Of a DNA stretch of 64,000 bases, positions 32,262-45,200 are shown in pieces. A program made the position numbers and the translations under genes. The stretch's first letter is position 1; every line of letters begins with the position of its first letter. The DNA comes from Vitrella brassicaformis CCMP3155. Taxonomy: Eukaryota; Protista; Chromerida. The DNA is taken from positions 1 through 64,000 of the forward strand of contig CDMY01000383.1 of the NCBI GenBank assembly GCA_001179505.1, in the 5' to 3' direction. The notes beneath the pieces were generated by a model that saw only the letters and a list, made by a program, of their open reading frames with translations, did not search any database and was not told the origin of the DNA.

Positions 32262-35200
32262 ATGCAGCTGCGTTATCTGACGGTGAGCAAAGATTCTACC
32301 CCATCACATCTCTCCGTCATACAAGTGATTCATTTATTGTCTTTGCTGTGTGTCCAGAACCTGTCGCCTGCCGGCGATGGGATGCAGAAGATCACGTCTG
32401 CGTGCTGGTCGCCCAACAGCCAGCGGCTGGCCATCGTGGCCACAGACAAGATCGTGCAGCTCTTCGATGAGTCGGGCGAGCGGCAGGACCGCTTCAGCAC
32501 CAAACCGGCAGACAAGAACCAGCGCACCTATGTGGTGCGGGCCATGGCTTTCTCGCCTGACTCGACCAAGCTGGCGATAGCCCAGTCCGACAACATCGTG
32601 TTTGTGTACAAGCTGGGGTCCGATTGGAAGGACAAGAAGTCCATCTGCAACAAGTTCCAGCAGACGGCCAGCGTCACTTGCCTCACCTGGCCCCAGGCAC
32701 ACCCCAATGAGGTCGTCTTTGGCCTCACCGAGGGGCGTGTCAAGGTCGGCCAGCTCAGGACCAACAAGGCCGCCACGTTGTTCCAAACAGACAGGTCAGC
32801 AAGAAGGCAGGCAGGCTCGGAGGCACTTGTTTCTCATCTAGAATGGCCGTCTTCTGTTCCTCAGCTTTGTGGTGTCGCTGTGTTCGTCGCCCGACGGCCA
32901 CTCCATCCTGTCGGGCCACCTGGATGGTTCCATCTATCGGTTCTCGTTTGAGACGGACACGTCGGGCGCATCGCATCAGAAGGTGGCCAGCTTCGGGACG
33001 CCAGTGACGGCCCTGGAGTGGGGGGCGGGCATCGTCGCCGCTGGCAACACGGGCGTCGTCAGGTTCTACGACTCGACAGACGGACGAGAGGTGCGTGCGC
33101 AATGGGCAGGAAGAACATTTGATGCTTCCGTGATCGATCATGGTGTTTGTTGCTCAGGTGCGGAATTTTGACTACTCCAACGATACGTCGGTCAAGGAGT
33201 TTACGTGTGCGGCCTTCAACCCGAGCGGCGAGAGTGTCGTGCTGGGCAACTACAACCGCATCATGGTGTATGCCTACAAGCAGAGGACGGCCCCGCAGCG
33301 GCGCGGCGGGCCCCTGGCGCGCGGGCAGCCACACGTCATCCAGGAGTGGGAGGAGGTGGTCAGCAAGATCATACCCAACCTCTACACCGTCACGGCACTC
33401 TGCTGGAAGCCTGATGGCTCACGTCTTGTGGTCAGACAGCGAAAGGAGAGGTCGGTGAGTGGGCTTATCTGTCTTGTTGTCCTGTCCTGTCTGGTTGGGT
33501 AGGTAGGATCGTTGTGTGGGTCAGTGGACGTGTTTGACGCGTGCATCCGGCGGGCGAGGTACAAGGGCATCTTCGACTTCACCTACATCGCAGCCAGCCA
33601 GGTAGACGGATGGAAGGTGACCGAACCTCTGGTGCCATAACATTGTGTTGGTGTATGTGTGGGTCAGGTGATCGTTCGCAACAGCAAGACCGGCGGGAGC
33701 GCCATGGTCAGGTCGTCTGCGGGATACGAGATCAAGAAGCTCAATGTCTTCCAAAACAGGTGAATGATCCGGCACGCACTCATACGCACAGCCACCCAAC
33801 ACTCAGACAAGCGAGCTGCCTTGGTGTATAGGTACCTGGTTGCCAACACGGTGGCGTCTCTGCTGTTGGGTGATTTGGAGACGGGCAAGACGTCCGAGAT
33901 AGTGTGGCCTGAGAGCGGCGGCGAGAAGTTCTACTTCGACAACCCAAATGTCTGCATGGTCTTCAGGGTACCACAGCCCCCCACATGACCCCCACGCGAA
34001 GGAACGGTGTATCATGATGCTGGTGCTGGTTGCAGGCGGGTGAGCTGTCACTGGTCGAGTACGGCAGCAATGAGGCGCTGGGCTCGGCCCGCACCGAGCA
34101 CATGTCGCCGCACCTCATATCGGTCCGCATCGACAAATACGGCGCCAGCAAAATGGTTGGACGGACCACATAGCCTGCCTGCTTGAGTGGATGGAAGCAC
34201 CTGTCGGTCGGTTCTGCCGTGTGTGGGGTGGGCAGAAGGGTTCTGGTGGTGGCCCGCTGAAGCTGATCGCCTACCTGCTGGACCTGCAGACCATACGGTC
34301 GGTACACACGCACACACACACGGAGGAGGCATGTACGCAACCGTATGTGTGTGTGGCGCTTGCTGTCTGGTCTGCACGTCAGGATATCAGATCTGTCGAA
34401 TGGCCAGACGCTGGCCACTGTCAACCACGACTGTCGCATCGACTGGCTGGAACTCAACCCCGCGTATGTGACCAACACCCATCACCATGCCAGTCCAGTC
34501 CACGACCCCCATGTGTGTGTGCATGCTTCCTTCCTTCTCTTTCAGTGGTGATCGGTTGCTGTTCCGCGACCACCGCCGTCAGCTGCACCTGTACACGTTG
34601 GAGAAGCAGAGCCGCACCACCCTCCTCAACTACTGCAACTACGTCCAGTGGGTGCCCGACAGCGATGTCGTCGTCGCGCAGAACAGACAAAACCTCTGCG
34701 TCTGGTGAGTGAGTGGATCGGAGTGGTAGGCACCAAAGCATGTGTGATGTGTGTCATTCATGGTCATCCGTGTTGCGGCTGTCTGTCTGCAGGTATTCGA
34801 TAGAGGAGCCCGACCGGGTGACCATGACTGAGATCAAGGGCGACATAGAAGACATCGAGAGGACCAAAGGTAGGTCATCGAGGGCGGGGGAGGTTGCAGA
34901 CGATGGACCGCATGCTTGTCTTGTGTGTGCAGGTCGGACGGTTGTGTTGGTTGACGACGGCGCGGGGAAGCAGGAGTACGAACTCAACGAGGCACTCATC
35001 TCGTTCGGCGGATGCATTGAAAGGAGACTCTTCGGACAGGCACGCAAACATACCCACACACTGCACACGCGTGAACACATTTGACGCATCCTCTCTCGTC
35101 AGGCTGTGGTGCTGTTGAGTGAGCTGGCCCTGACGGCCGAGACGGAGGCCCTGTGGCGGCAGCTGGCTGAGGCAGCACTCGACGATGATGCGCCCAAGCT

Positions 35201-38200
35201 GTCGGTCGCACAGAGCTGCTACGCCGTGCTCGGGGACGTTGCCAAGGCTACGTATCTCCAAAAAGTGCGGCGGAAGGGCTCTCTGTAGTGTATCTGTCCG
35301 TCCCGCCACCCATCTCCCTCTGTGTTTGTCAGGTGAATGCGATTGTCAAATCCCATGCCGCTGAGTTTGGGGGCGACGGAACCAGATACTACCTCGTCCA
35401 GGCAAAGTGACCCTTCCACACGCAGAGGCATCGATCGCATCTCGCTCTGGATGGATGGATGGATGTGTGCAGGCTGGCGATGTTGTCGAAGCAGTTTCAG
35501 CGTGCCGAGGCATTGCTGCTGGACCACAACGACCTCGAGGGCGCCATGACCATGTACCAAGAGCTGCACAGGTGGGTGGGTGGGGTGGCTGCAGTGCAGT
35601 GCAGTGGTGTGCTGTATGCACGCATCGCTCACGTATATATATTCATGTGCAGGTACGACGAGAGCATCCGTCTGGCTGAGAAGAAGAACCACCCCGACGT
35701 GCAGCAGCTCAAGCTGCACTTCCTGCAGTGGCTCATGTCTACTGGACAGGTGGGCTCAGGACAAACCAAGCCCACAGATCCACTTGTTTGACTCAAGCTG
35801 CCTACGCTTGTCTGTGTGTGAGTCACACATGTCAGGAGGAGAAGGCTGGCGAGTTGCAGGAGCGTGAGGGCAACTACTTCAAGGCCATCGAGCTGTACGT
35901 CAAGGGCGGCCTCCCCGCCAAGGCGGCCATGGTCGTCAACAGACACTCGGCATCCTACTCGCCGGAGCTGCTGCAGCGGATCGCCAGCGCCCTCACTGCC
36001 AGCGGCATGCACGACAAGGCGGGGGAGGTCTTCGAGAAACTCGGCATGATCAATCCAGCCATGGACTCTTACAGGTACACATCCACGCGCACATTTCACC
36101 CACTCTGTAATGCTGGTGCGTGTGTCTGTCTGGAGTCAGGAAGGGTCATGCGTTCCGCAAGGCGGTTGAGTTGGCCAAGGCGTCCTTCCCCGGGCTGGTC
36201 GTGACGCTAGAGGAGGAGTGGGGCGACTGGCTGGTGACGCAGAAGCAGGTCGACGCCGCCATACAGCACTTCATCGAGGCGGGCTGCTCGCAGAAGGCCA
36301 TCGAGGCCGCCATGGCCGCCAGACAGTGGAACAAAGTCAGTGAGCGAAGCCGTGGCGAGCGGGCCATTCACCTGAGGAATGACGTCTCGATACGTGCGTG
36401 TGTGTGTGTGTGTGTAGGCTGAACAGCTGCTGGAGTCGTTGAGGGACCCGACGGTGGCGCAGCCCTTCTACATCAAGATCGCCCAGCACTACGCCGCCGC
36501 CAAACAATACGAGAACGCAGAACGATTCTACATCAAGGTAGATCCAGCCTCCCTCACACACGCACCCGCAGGCACCAACACATGAATGAGTAATTCCGTG
36601 TGCGCATCTATGCAGGCCGACCGTCCGTACGATGCCGTGGCCATGTATGTGGAGACCAACCACTTCGACCGCGCCAACCGTGTGGCCAAGATGCACCTCT
36701 CCGCCGCAGACATGAAGGAGCTCTACTCGTCCATGGCAAGGAAACTAGAGGGACAGAACAAACTCAACGTACGCACACAAGCATGACATTCAGCAGCGCA
36801 TCATGAAATTACGCGTGTCTGTGTGGTGTGGATGTCTGGTGTGTAGGAGGCAGAGTTGGCGTACGTGTCGGTGCAGGAGTACGACTTGGCCATCAACATG
36901 TACAAGAAGCGCGAGGACTTCGAGCAGATGCTCCGACTCGTCGCCAAGTACCGCCGAGAACACCTACTTGACTCGTACAAGCTGGTCGCCGAACACATGG
37001 AGAGAAAGGGAAACCTCAAGGCCGCCGAACACTACTACATCGGTAAAGGAAGAAGCAAGATAGCCGGAAGTGCACAGCACAGCACAGCACAGCACATCGC
37101 CATAAGTGAATGTGTGTGTTCAATCAGAGGCCCGTGCGTGGCAGAATGCGGTGCAGATGTACCGTCAGCTAGACCGGTGGGAGGACGCGCAGAGGGTGGC
37201 CAAGCTCCAGGGCGGCCAGGGCGCATTCCAGAAGGTCGTCCTCGCACAGGCACACGAAGTCTCGAAGACACACGGGCCGGACGCTGGCGCACAAGTGCTC
37301 ATCAAGGTGGGTGTGGGGGAGTGAGTGAGGGAGGGAGGGAGGGAGGGAGGAGTAGGGGACCATGCGTTGTCGTGTGTGTGTCAGCATGGTCTGGTAGAGG
37401 TGGCGATTGACTACGCCCTGCAGCACAACAACTTCGACCATGCGATCGAGCTCGCCCAGACCTCGGCACGACACAAGGCAAGCATCTCGAATGCGCCGAC
37501 CGCACCCACATACACTCATCGCCGATTGACGACCGGTCTCTGTGTGTGTGTATGTGGTCTGGTGGACGGCACGAATCGAATCAGCTTCCCGACATCTATC
37601 TGAAGAAGGCGCTCATGTACGAGGACCAGGAGGAGTTCAGACTCGCAGAGGAACAGTTCATCATGGTACCCATCCATCCATGTGGACATTCATCAGGCCG
37701 GCCAGGCCAATGCACACTCTTTTTGTATGTCATCAGGCCGGGAAGCCCAAGGAGGCGGTCGACATGTACATGCATCAGCACGACTGGGTTTCTGCCATGA
37801 GGGTAGCAGACGCACACGACAGGTCGCTCGTCACAGAGGTCATGATGGGACACGCCAAGGACCTCTCGGACCAAAACCAGTTCCAGGTAGGTACCTACCT
37901 GTTGGACCATTCTCACAATGAGCATGGAGTGAAGTAAATGGTGTGCGTCTGTGTGTGTTTTCAGGCAGCTGAGAATCTGTTCATCAGTGCCCAGAAGCCC
38001 GAGATGGCGATATCGATGTACACGGGGCGCAACATGATCAACGAGGCCATCCGCGTGTGCAAGAAGCACTGCCCCCACCTGCTGTGGGAGGTCATGGCCA
38101 CCTACGGACCCCAGTCACGACCCGGCGGCGGCGCACAGAGGGGCGGCAGCGTCGAGGAGACACTTGAAACAGCAAAGGTGGCCATGGCGAAGACGCCGCT

Positions 38201-40489
38201 TGCGTGGCCGTGTGTGTGGATGGATGGATGGATGGAGGATGTGTGTGTTGTGCAGGCCTACGAGGAGGCGGGTCAGTGGGGCTACGCCATTGATGCGTAT
38301 CTGTCCATCACCTCGAGCGTGCTGCCAAACCCAGACAAACTCGAGGAGATATGGGAAGCCGCGGTCAGACATCAGACCAACCACACACACCCCAACCCAC
38401 TAGACACGTACCTCGGCCGTCTCCCTTACTGTGTGTTCTGCAGATCCGTTTGGCCATGACCAACGTACGTGACAGGTACCCCTCAGTGGTGCGTGACGTC
38501 GCCGCCCGCCTGCAGGCCATCGACCGCCTGGAAAGCGCCGGCGATCTGTACGAGTCCATGAACCAGTACCGTGAGGCGGTGCAGTGCTACGTGGCTGTCG
38601 AGTCATGGGACCGCGCCAAGGCCGCGGCGAGCGCCGCGGGCACCTCTGACCTGCTGGTGTGGGTGGAGGAGGAGCACAAGAGGGCCCTGGTCAAAAGGCA
38701 GGACGGCGAGTCGCTGCTCAAGCAGGGGGAGCTCACCACCGCACTCGACCTCTATGCCAGGAGTGGCGAGTGGGACAAGTGCCTCGCACTCGCCGAACAG
38801 TCGGCTCCCCAGCTGCTGCCACATTACGTGCTTCAGAATGCAAAGGTGACTGGGTGGGTGGGTGGATGAAGGCATGAGGACATCAATGCAGGTGTTGGCA
38901 TGTGATGCAGGTGCTGGTGAAGCAGGGCGAGATGGTCCAGGCGGCGCAGCAGCTGGTGCGGCACACCCGGTCGCTCATATCCCTCGTCAATGCCCCGCCC
39001 ACCTCACAGCAGGCACCTGCACAGAACATCTTCCCCCTGGTCAAACTCATCACCGAGCAGCTCCTCAGCGCGCAAGAGGCGCTCCCCTCCACACAAATAC
39101 TCAAGGAGCTGCTCGTCAGGTCAGAGAATGGCCTACACAGAGGCATGGATATGGTGCATACCGATGCGTGTGTGTCCGTGTCCGTGTCCGTGTGTCCTAA
39201 TAGGGTGCTGGGTGGTGCCAGCGGTTCGTCATCACTGAGTCTGGCCCAGGTGCAGGCGCTTCAGAGCCCCGCCGCGAGCGAGTTCCAGAAGCACCTCATG
39301 CTCGCACACCTCATGACCACATACGTACGTACGCAACACAGCGCAACATCTATCGGCACACAGGTCAGGTGTGTGGCGCACCGTGTCTGTGCGTATGTCT
39401 GTCTGGCAGGCTTTGTGCAAGCAGCGGGCCAACAATGGGCTGAGGGAGGTGTGTGCCAAGCAGGCAGTGGCCATGCTGAGGTGGGGTGGGCAGAGAGCCG
39501 GCATGGAGGGAGGGATACTCACTCGCCACACAGGTAGGTGCCGTGGAATATCTGAGATGGATGGCAGGTATTGCACCGAGTTGCCAGCGGACAAGGCCTT
39601 CTACGACGCCGGCGTGGAGTGCAAGAACGTCGGATGGATCAGCATGGCATTCACGCTCTTCAACAGGTAGCTACATACGCAGGCAGGCAGGCAGGCCAGG
39701 TCGACATGCATGAACACCAGTGACACAGACATGCATGAACACCAGTGACACAGACAGACCTTGTTGCTTATGGCGTGTTTGTGCTGTGTGTGGTGTGTGA
39801 AGGTACTTGGACATTGCTGAGGCGATAGAGGACCCCGACAACTCGACCATAGACAACACCGACTTCGAGGACAGCGACATCCCCACACCATATGACCTCA
39901 ACCTGCCGGAGCGACAATCGCAGTAAGTACGCACAAATCACCCCCACACAACACAACACACACACCAGTCCAATTGGTGGATGGGCGGTGTGTGCTGTGC
40001 AGGTCTGCGTCGACCAAGGACGAGGTGAAGGATCTGGTCTTGAGTTGGAGTGTCGACGCCAACATAGAGAGCGGCCTGCAGAAGAGGCAGTGCAACAGCT
40101 GTCAGGGCGACATGTACTTTGCCTCACTACGCGGCCCCTGCGGCGCGCAATACGAAATGTGCTGCGTCACAGGTACGCATGGCATTCACTACACAGCACA
40201 GCACACGGACGGACAAGCCACCGAAGGCAAGCGCCTGCTGTGTTGCGTGACGTGAACGGTGTCTGTCTACAGGGTTCCCCGTGAGCCCGGCGGATCGCGT
40301 GCAGTGCTCCACATGCCAGAGCCCTGCAAACAGGTAGGTGATGATTCAGACAGCGACTGCTGTGTATCTGGGGGGAACGTGTGTGTGAATGTGGCGATTG
40401 CATTGCATTGCAGGTCTGACTGGAATGCGTATGTGTTGACTTTTCACCAGTGCCCGTGGTGCAGCGCCCCCCAGAACCCCGCGTACTAA
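32262..40489 (+). CDS. IFT172: Intraflagellar transport protein 172
   Basis: [40 protein letters not shown]40 propeller, TPR-like solenoid ([29 protein letters not shown]), Cys-rich C-terminus ending [12 protein letters not shown]. Several dozen short introns. Confidence 0.97.
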
Positions 40490-40885
40490 TCGAGAGCCGT
40501 GGGGTGCCTGGGTGCCATGTAGTTGGTAAAGGGAGGGAGGGCCTCACGGATTGTGATAGCGGGATGGCGCTGCGTGGGTATGCGATTGCGTGTGAGCTCT
40601 GTCGGTCGGTGGTGTGCAGTCGCTCCCTATCTGTTTGTCTGACTGTGTGTCCGTCTGTAGTCGTCTTGTCGGTAGTGTGTACAGACTGACAAACTGACAG
40701 ACTGACTGACTGCAGCGGAATGAATGGATGGAACCATGTCAGTCGCGGCAACATCCATATTTCAGTCAGCGTCTTGCATTGCATTGCATTAAAGGTACAC
40801 GCATGAGATAGATGCATAAATACATACACACATGCAATGCAATGCATCCGACACACCGGGTCAGCGAGCAACCAACGACATGCAA

Positions 40886-40935
40886 TGCACTCACTCTGGC
40901 AGGGCGGGCCGGCCCGCCATGTCAGAGTGAGTGCA
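40886..40935. repeat. 50-nt near-perfect palindrome
   Basis: TGCACTCACTCTGGCA-G-GGCGGGCCGGCCCGCC-A-TGTCAGAGTGAGTGCA: 23 of 25 pairs Watson-Crick, one G.T and one G.A. Confidence 0.9.
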
Positions 40936-41697
40936 CACCTTGGAGTGAAGGAAGAAGCGACAAGTGGATACACGGCACGGACATCCCAACTGCTGAGAGC
41001 TAGCTGGCTGGGTAGGCTACACGTGGCCCATAGTGGCCCCGGGCAGGGCAGGCCGCGCCGCGCCGTGCACCCCCGCTCTTACCCGACTCCCCCACCCACC
41101 TGTCTTAGATTAGTGGTGCACACTCATCCATCCATCCATCCATCGGCCAGACAGGAAGGGAGCCAGCCAGTCAGTCAGTCACGTGGGAGGCCAGGCGGCA
41201 GGCAAGGCAAGGCAAGGCAAGGCCACTGCTGAGTGTGCGAGAAAGAGTCACCCATTGTTTCGTGTGACAAATAGGCCGTCCAGCAAGAGAGAGAAAGAGA
41301 GGAAAGACAGGGGAACATATGTATCATCAATTCATTCATGGATCTGTCTTTCATTCGCTGTCCCCTCCAACACCCACCCCATGTGTACAGCTAGCCACGC
41401 CACAGCGGCATAGCATGTGTGAGTACCAGGGTGGCATTTGTCGGTACACACCGGTGCCTTCTCGCCTCGCACCCGTCCTTTCGCTACCAATGCCTGCTCG
41501 TCTCGGTGCAGACGAGCTTGCACTCGTGGCCAGAAACGGGCAGAGGGGAAAAAGCCTCCCGTCGTGCGTACCGCACCACAACCACTCGATCACCCACCCA
41601 CCCGGTCAAAATGGCAGCAGTCGAGTCATTCGACAGGTAGATAGTGTCTATCAACAGGAGACGACTTCCGGCAAGCGCGGTCTTTCGTGGGTGCAGG

Positions 41698-41803
41698 GGC
41701 GTCGGTGAATTCGCTGCCCCCGAGCCCGTTCCATGACTGCCTACCCGCGTCGGGAGGGCTGGCAGTCATAGAACGCGTCCAGGGGTTCAAATTCACCGGC
41801 ACC
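41698..41803. other. ~106-nt imperfect fold-back hairpin
   Basis: ggtgaatt (41704) pairs with aattcacc (41790); cgttccatgactgcc (41727) pairs with ggcagtcatagaacg (41761) with 1 mismatch; cccc/gggg pairs in between. Confidence 0.7.
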
Positions 41804-42262
41804 ACCAGCACCGAGGCACGCCAGAACGAGAGCCCATCCATCCATGCATTCCACCCAGTCGATCCCCAGCAACCCCAGTAAGTGTGTGTGCACTCGCCAG
41901 GCAGCATACATAGGGACCGATAGATAAAGACAGCTCAGTCCGGGAAAAGGGGCGGCGAAAGACAGACAGAGGCAGAGCCAGAGGGACCAACCGGCAAAGC
42001 TTGTCCATTCAGAGCGGGAAGAGCAAAGGAAGCTTATGAATTATGGAGATAGACATGTACTTATGTCGGTTCCATAAAGAGTGTCAGTCAGGGAGGCGGC
42101 CAGGCAACGCGCAGACAAGACAGCCAAAAAGCGAACCGACCCCCCTGCCCCCTTCCACCCCCATCACTTGCCGAGCCGAAAAACTTTCCCCGCCCTCTCA
42201 CGCAAGTGTCTGGCTACTTCATCACCCTCCTCCCTCCCTCCCCCCTCCCCCTGCCGGAGGCC

Positions 42263-45200
42263 TCACTGGGAGGCGAGAATGGACCCCCCACACATGCACA
42301 TGCCCAGGCGCCTCACGGCGTGCAGCACCGTCGCGTTTTTGGCCCTGGCCGCCGCCCTGAGGAAGGTGTCGCCGTCCTCGTCGGTGGTGGTCAGCGAGTA
42401 CCCCGCCGACAGCAGGAAGCGGACGGCGGTGGCCACGAGGGTGGCGCGCTTCTCCAGCTGGCTGCCCTTGACGAGGGTGATCTTGCTCAGCATCTGCTCG
42501 ATGTCGCGGCCCGTGAACTCCTGGTTGGCCAGGGAGAACAGGGCGTCGTAGCCCTGGCGCGCGGGCTCGTCAGCGAGGCGCGACAAGATGCCGCAGGCCA
42601 TCTCGATGCTGAGCTCGTCGCTGGCGGCCTCGAGGTTGGCCTTCTTGGTGGCACGCTTGTTGCGCTGCTCGCGGGGGCCGAAGGCCTTCTGGTTGATGGC
42701 GGTCCACCTGCCCTCGGGCGCCGACGCACGCACCGCCAGGAAGTGCAGGACCGCCCACATGTAGATCATCTGACAAAACCAAGAAGAGAAGGAAACACAG
42801 CACAGGACACAACACAGCACAAGGCACCACACACAACGGATGAATCCTTGCAGCCGCCCAGAGTGTTGTGTGTGTTTCTTTGTATGTTGGTTGACCTGTT
42901 TGGCGTGGAGCTGGCACAGCGGCAGCATGCTGTTGGGGTTGAGTGGGGGCTGCTTGTCCTCACCCATGGCGTCCCTGGCCTTGAAGATGGCACAGATGAG
43001 GTTGGTGGGGCTGACGCAGCTCGCCATGCAGAACTCGCAGTGGTGCCGCGGCCCTGACGACGGCATCACCGTCATGGGAAACAGACACGGCAGCGACGTC
43101 TGAAGGAGCCACACACACACCACACACACACACACATACACACACACAAATGGCTATGGGAACAGGTAGGTCCATCTATGTGCGTGGAAATGACTTACGG
43201 GCGGAATGGTGAAGTACGTCCGTGCGGTCATGTTGGTGGGGTTGATGCCGCGGGACAGGGCCACCTTCCTGCAGGGGCCGCACACCTGCACCACCTGGTT
43301 GAGGGCCTCGTCGTCCTTGTCGCCCCCGTCCGGGCTGTCATCCAGACGACGCGACCACTCGTCCTGGTCAAACGCCACAGCAGAGACACCAACACCACCC
43401 TTACTAGACGAAGACTGCTGCTGCTGCTGACGCGGCCCTGCAGCCATGCACATCAACACATATCACGACATGCAGGGGTCTTATGGCTGGCCGCCTGTCA
43501 TCCTGCCATTGTCTCCCCTCACCGGCGTCATTGGGCCCAGCGGTGAGCGGCGGCAGCGACTCCCGCTCAGAGCTGTCGTCCCCATCCGACTCGCCAGTCA
43601 CGTCGCCAAACCCGTCACTCTCCGACTCGGATGCGTAGTCCAGCGTCCAGCCCCCGCCGTCCCACGGCCGACTGGCAGCATCGTCCCACGGCCGACTGGA
43701 CCCTGCCGGCTGCTGCTTGGCGAGTTTGGCCTCCTTGGCCTCCTTGGCCTGCTTCTGCTTGAGCCGCTTCTCTCGCTTCTTCTCGGCCTTCCTGTTGCCG
43801 GCCGGCATCGGTGGGGGGATGGGGCCGCCGCCCTTGCCACCACGCACAGCACCAACCTTCTTGGCTGGAGCAGGGGCGGGGGGCCTGATGGAGGGAGGAG
43901 GAATGAGGCACACATGGCATGGATGGGTGGCGATCGTGCGTGTCGACACATCTATGTGTGTGGTTGGTACCGACCTGTCTTGCTCTGGCCCTGGCTGCTG
44001 CAGCCGTGCTACTTCTTCCTCTGCCTCCTGCAGTGCTGCGGCCAATGCGGCGTCGGACTGCGTGTCCTGAATGGACACAACACACACACACACACACACA
44101 CACATGACTCGACCGCTTCGTGGATGTACGGATTGTCTCCCTCTCTCCATGTCTGCGTGCCTGTCTGCCTGTCTGTCTCACCTGGTGGATCTGCCCACCC
44201 TGATCGCCGTCACTACTCCCGGCCGTCCTATGCCCCTCCCCCTCCCCGCCTCCCTGCCCCTCGTCCCCACCGCCGCCCGTCTCACTCTGGTCCACCTGCT
44301 GTTGCTGTTGGTGCATGAGTTTCTCGTGCTGGTGCTTCTCCTTGGTCTTCTTCTTGCGCTGCACGGCGCGCGACAGGCCCTGGTTGCGGGGCTTCTCCTC
44401 CTCGATGACCTTCTCCTCATACATGACCTCCTTGTTGGAGTTGAAGCCGTACTTGCCCTTCTTACGCTCGTTGTGCTCCAGCACCCGCATCACCGGCACC
44501 AGCACCACATGCCGCTTCTTTTCCTCCTTCTCACACTCAGCCGAAGTACCCTCAACCTGCTGCCCCTGCCCCTCCCCGTGGGCCTCTACACGCGGCACGT
44601 CGCCGTCTCGCAAGGCCGCCTCGGAAGCACTAGCAGCAGCAGCTGCTGCTGCTGCTGCACCGTCTGACGTGGTGGTGGTGGTGTGGGTAGCCGCCCCGGG
44701 CTGTGCGAAGCTGTTCCACTCTGCCTCCAAGTCGGCGAGGAAACTGTCGCCAGTGCGCTTGGGGCGAGAGGGGGCTAACTGTGGTGGTGGTGGGGGCGGG
44801 GGGGCATGCATCACCCGGGGGGGCGGGAAAGGCTCGGATGAGGGGCCTGACGAGGAGGAGGGGTGGGACGGGACACGCGAGGCCGCCGAGCGACCGCGAT
44901 GCACAATGGAGAAGGACGGCTCGGCGGGCTTGGTGTTCGGCACAGTAGCCGTGACGGTGAAGCGGGCCGCATAGATCATGCCCATTTCGAGAAGGTGGTT
45001 GAGCAGCGACTCGCTGAAGGTCGATATGTCGTCATCGGGGTCCTCGGGTGTGACAGAGACCTCCAGCTGATACTCCTGCTGGGCCACGTGGCAGCACACG
45101 CGCGCCTCCAGCTCATTCAGTTTGTTGACTGCCGTGGTGCGCTCTGGCGGCAAGTTGGCGCGCTTCAGCTCCTCGAAGGCGAAACCATACAGACCCTCTA

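Noticed and set aside
39705-39755. 24-nt tandem duplication in an IFT172 intron
   Set aside because: Ordinary slippage in an intron with no evident consequence.
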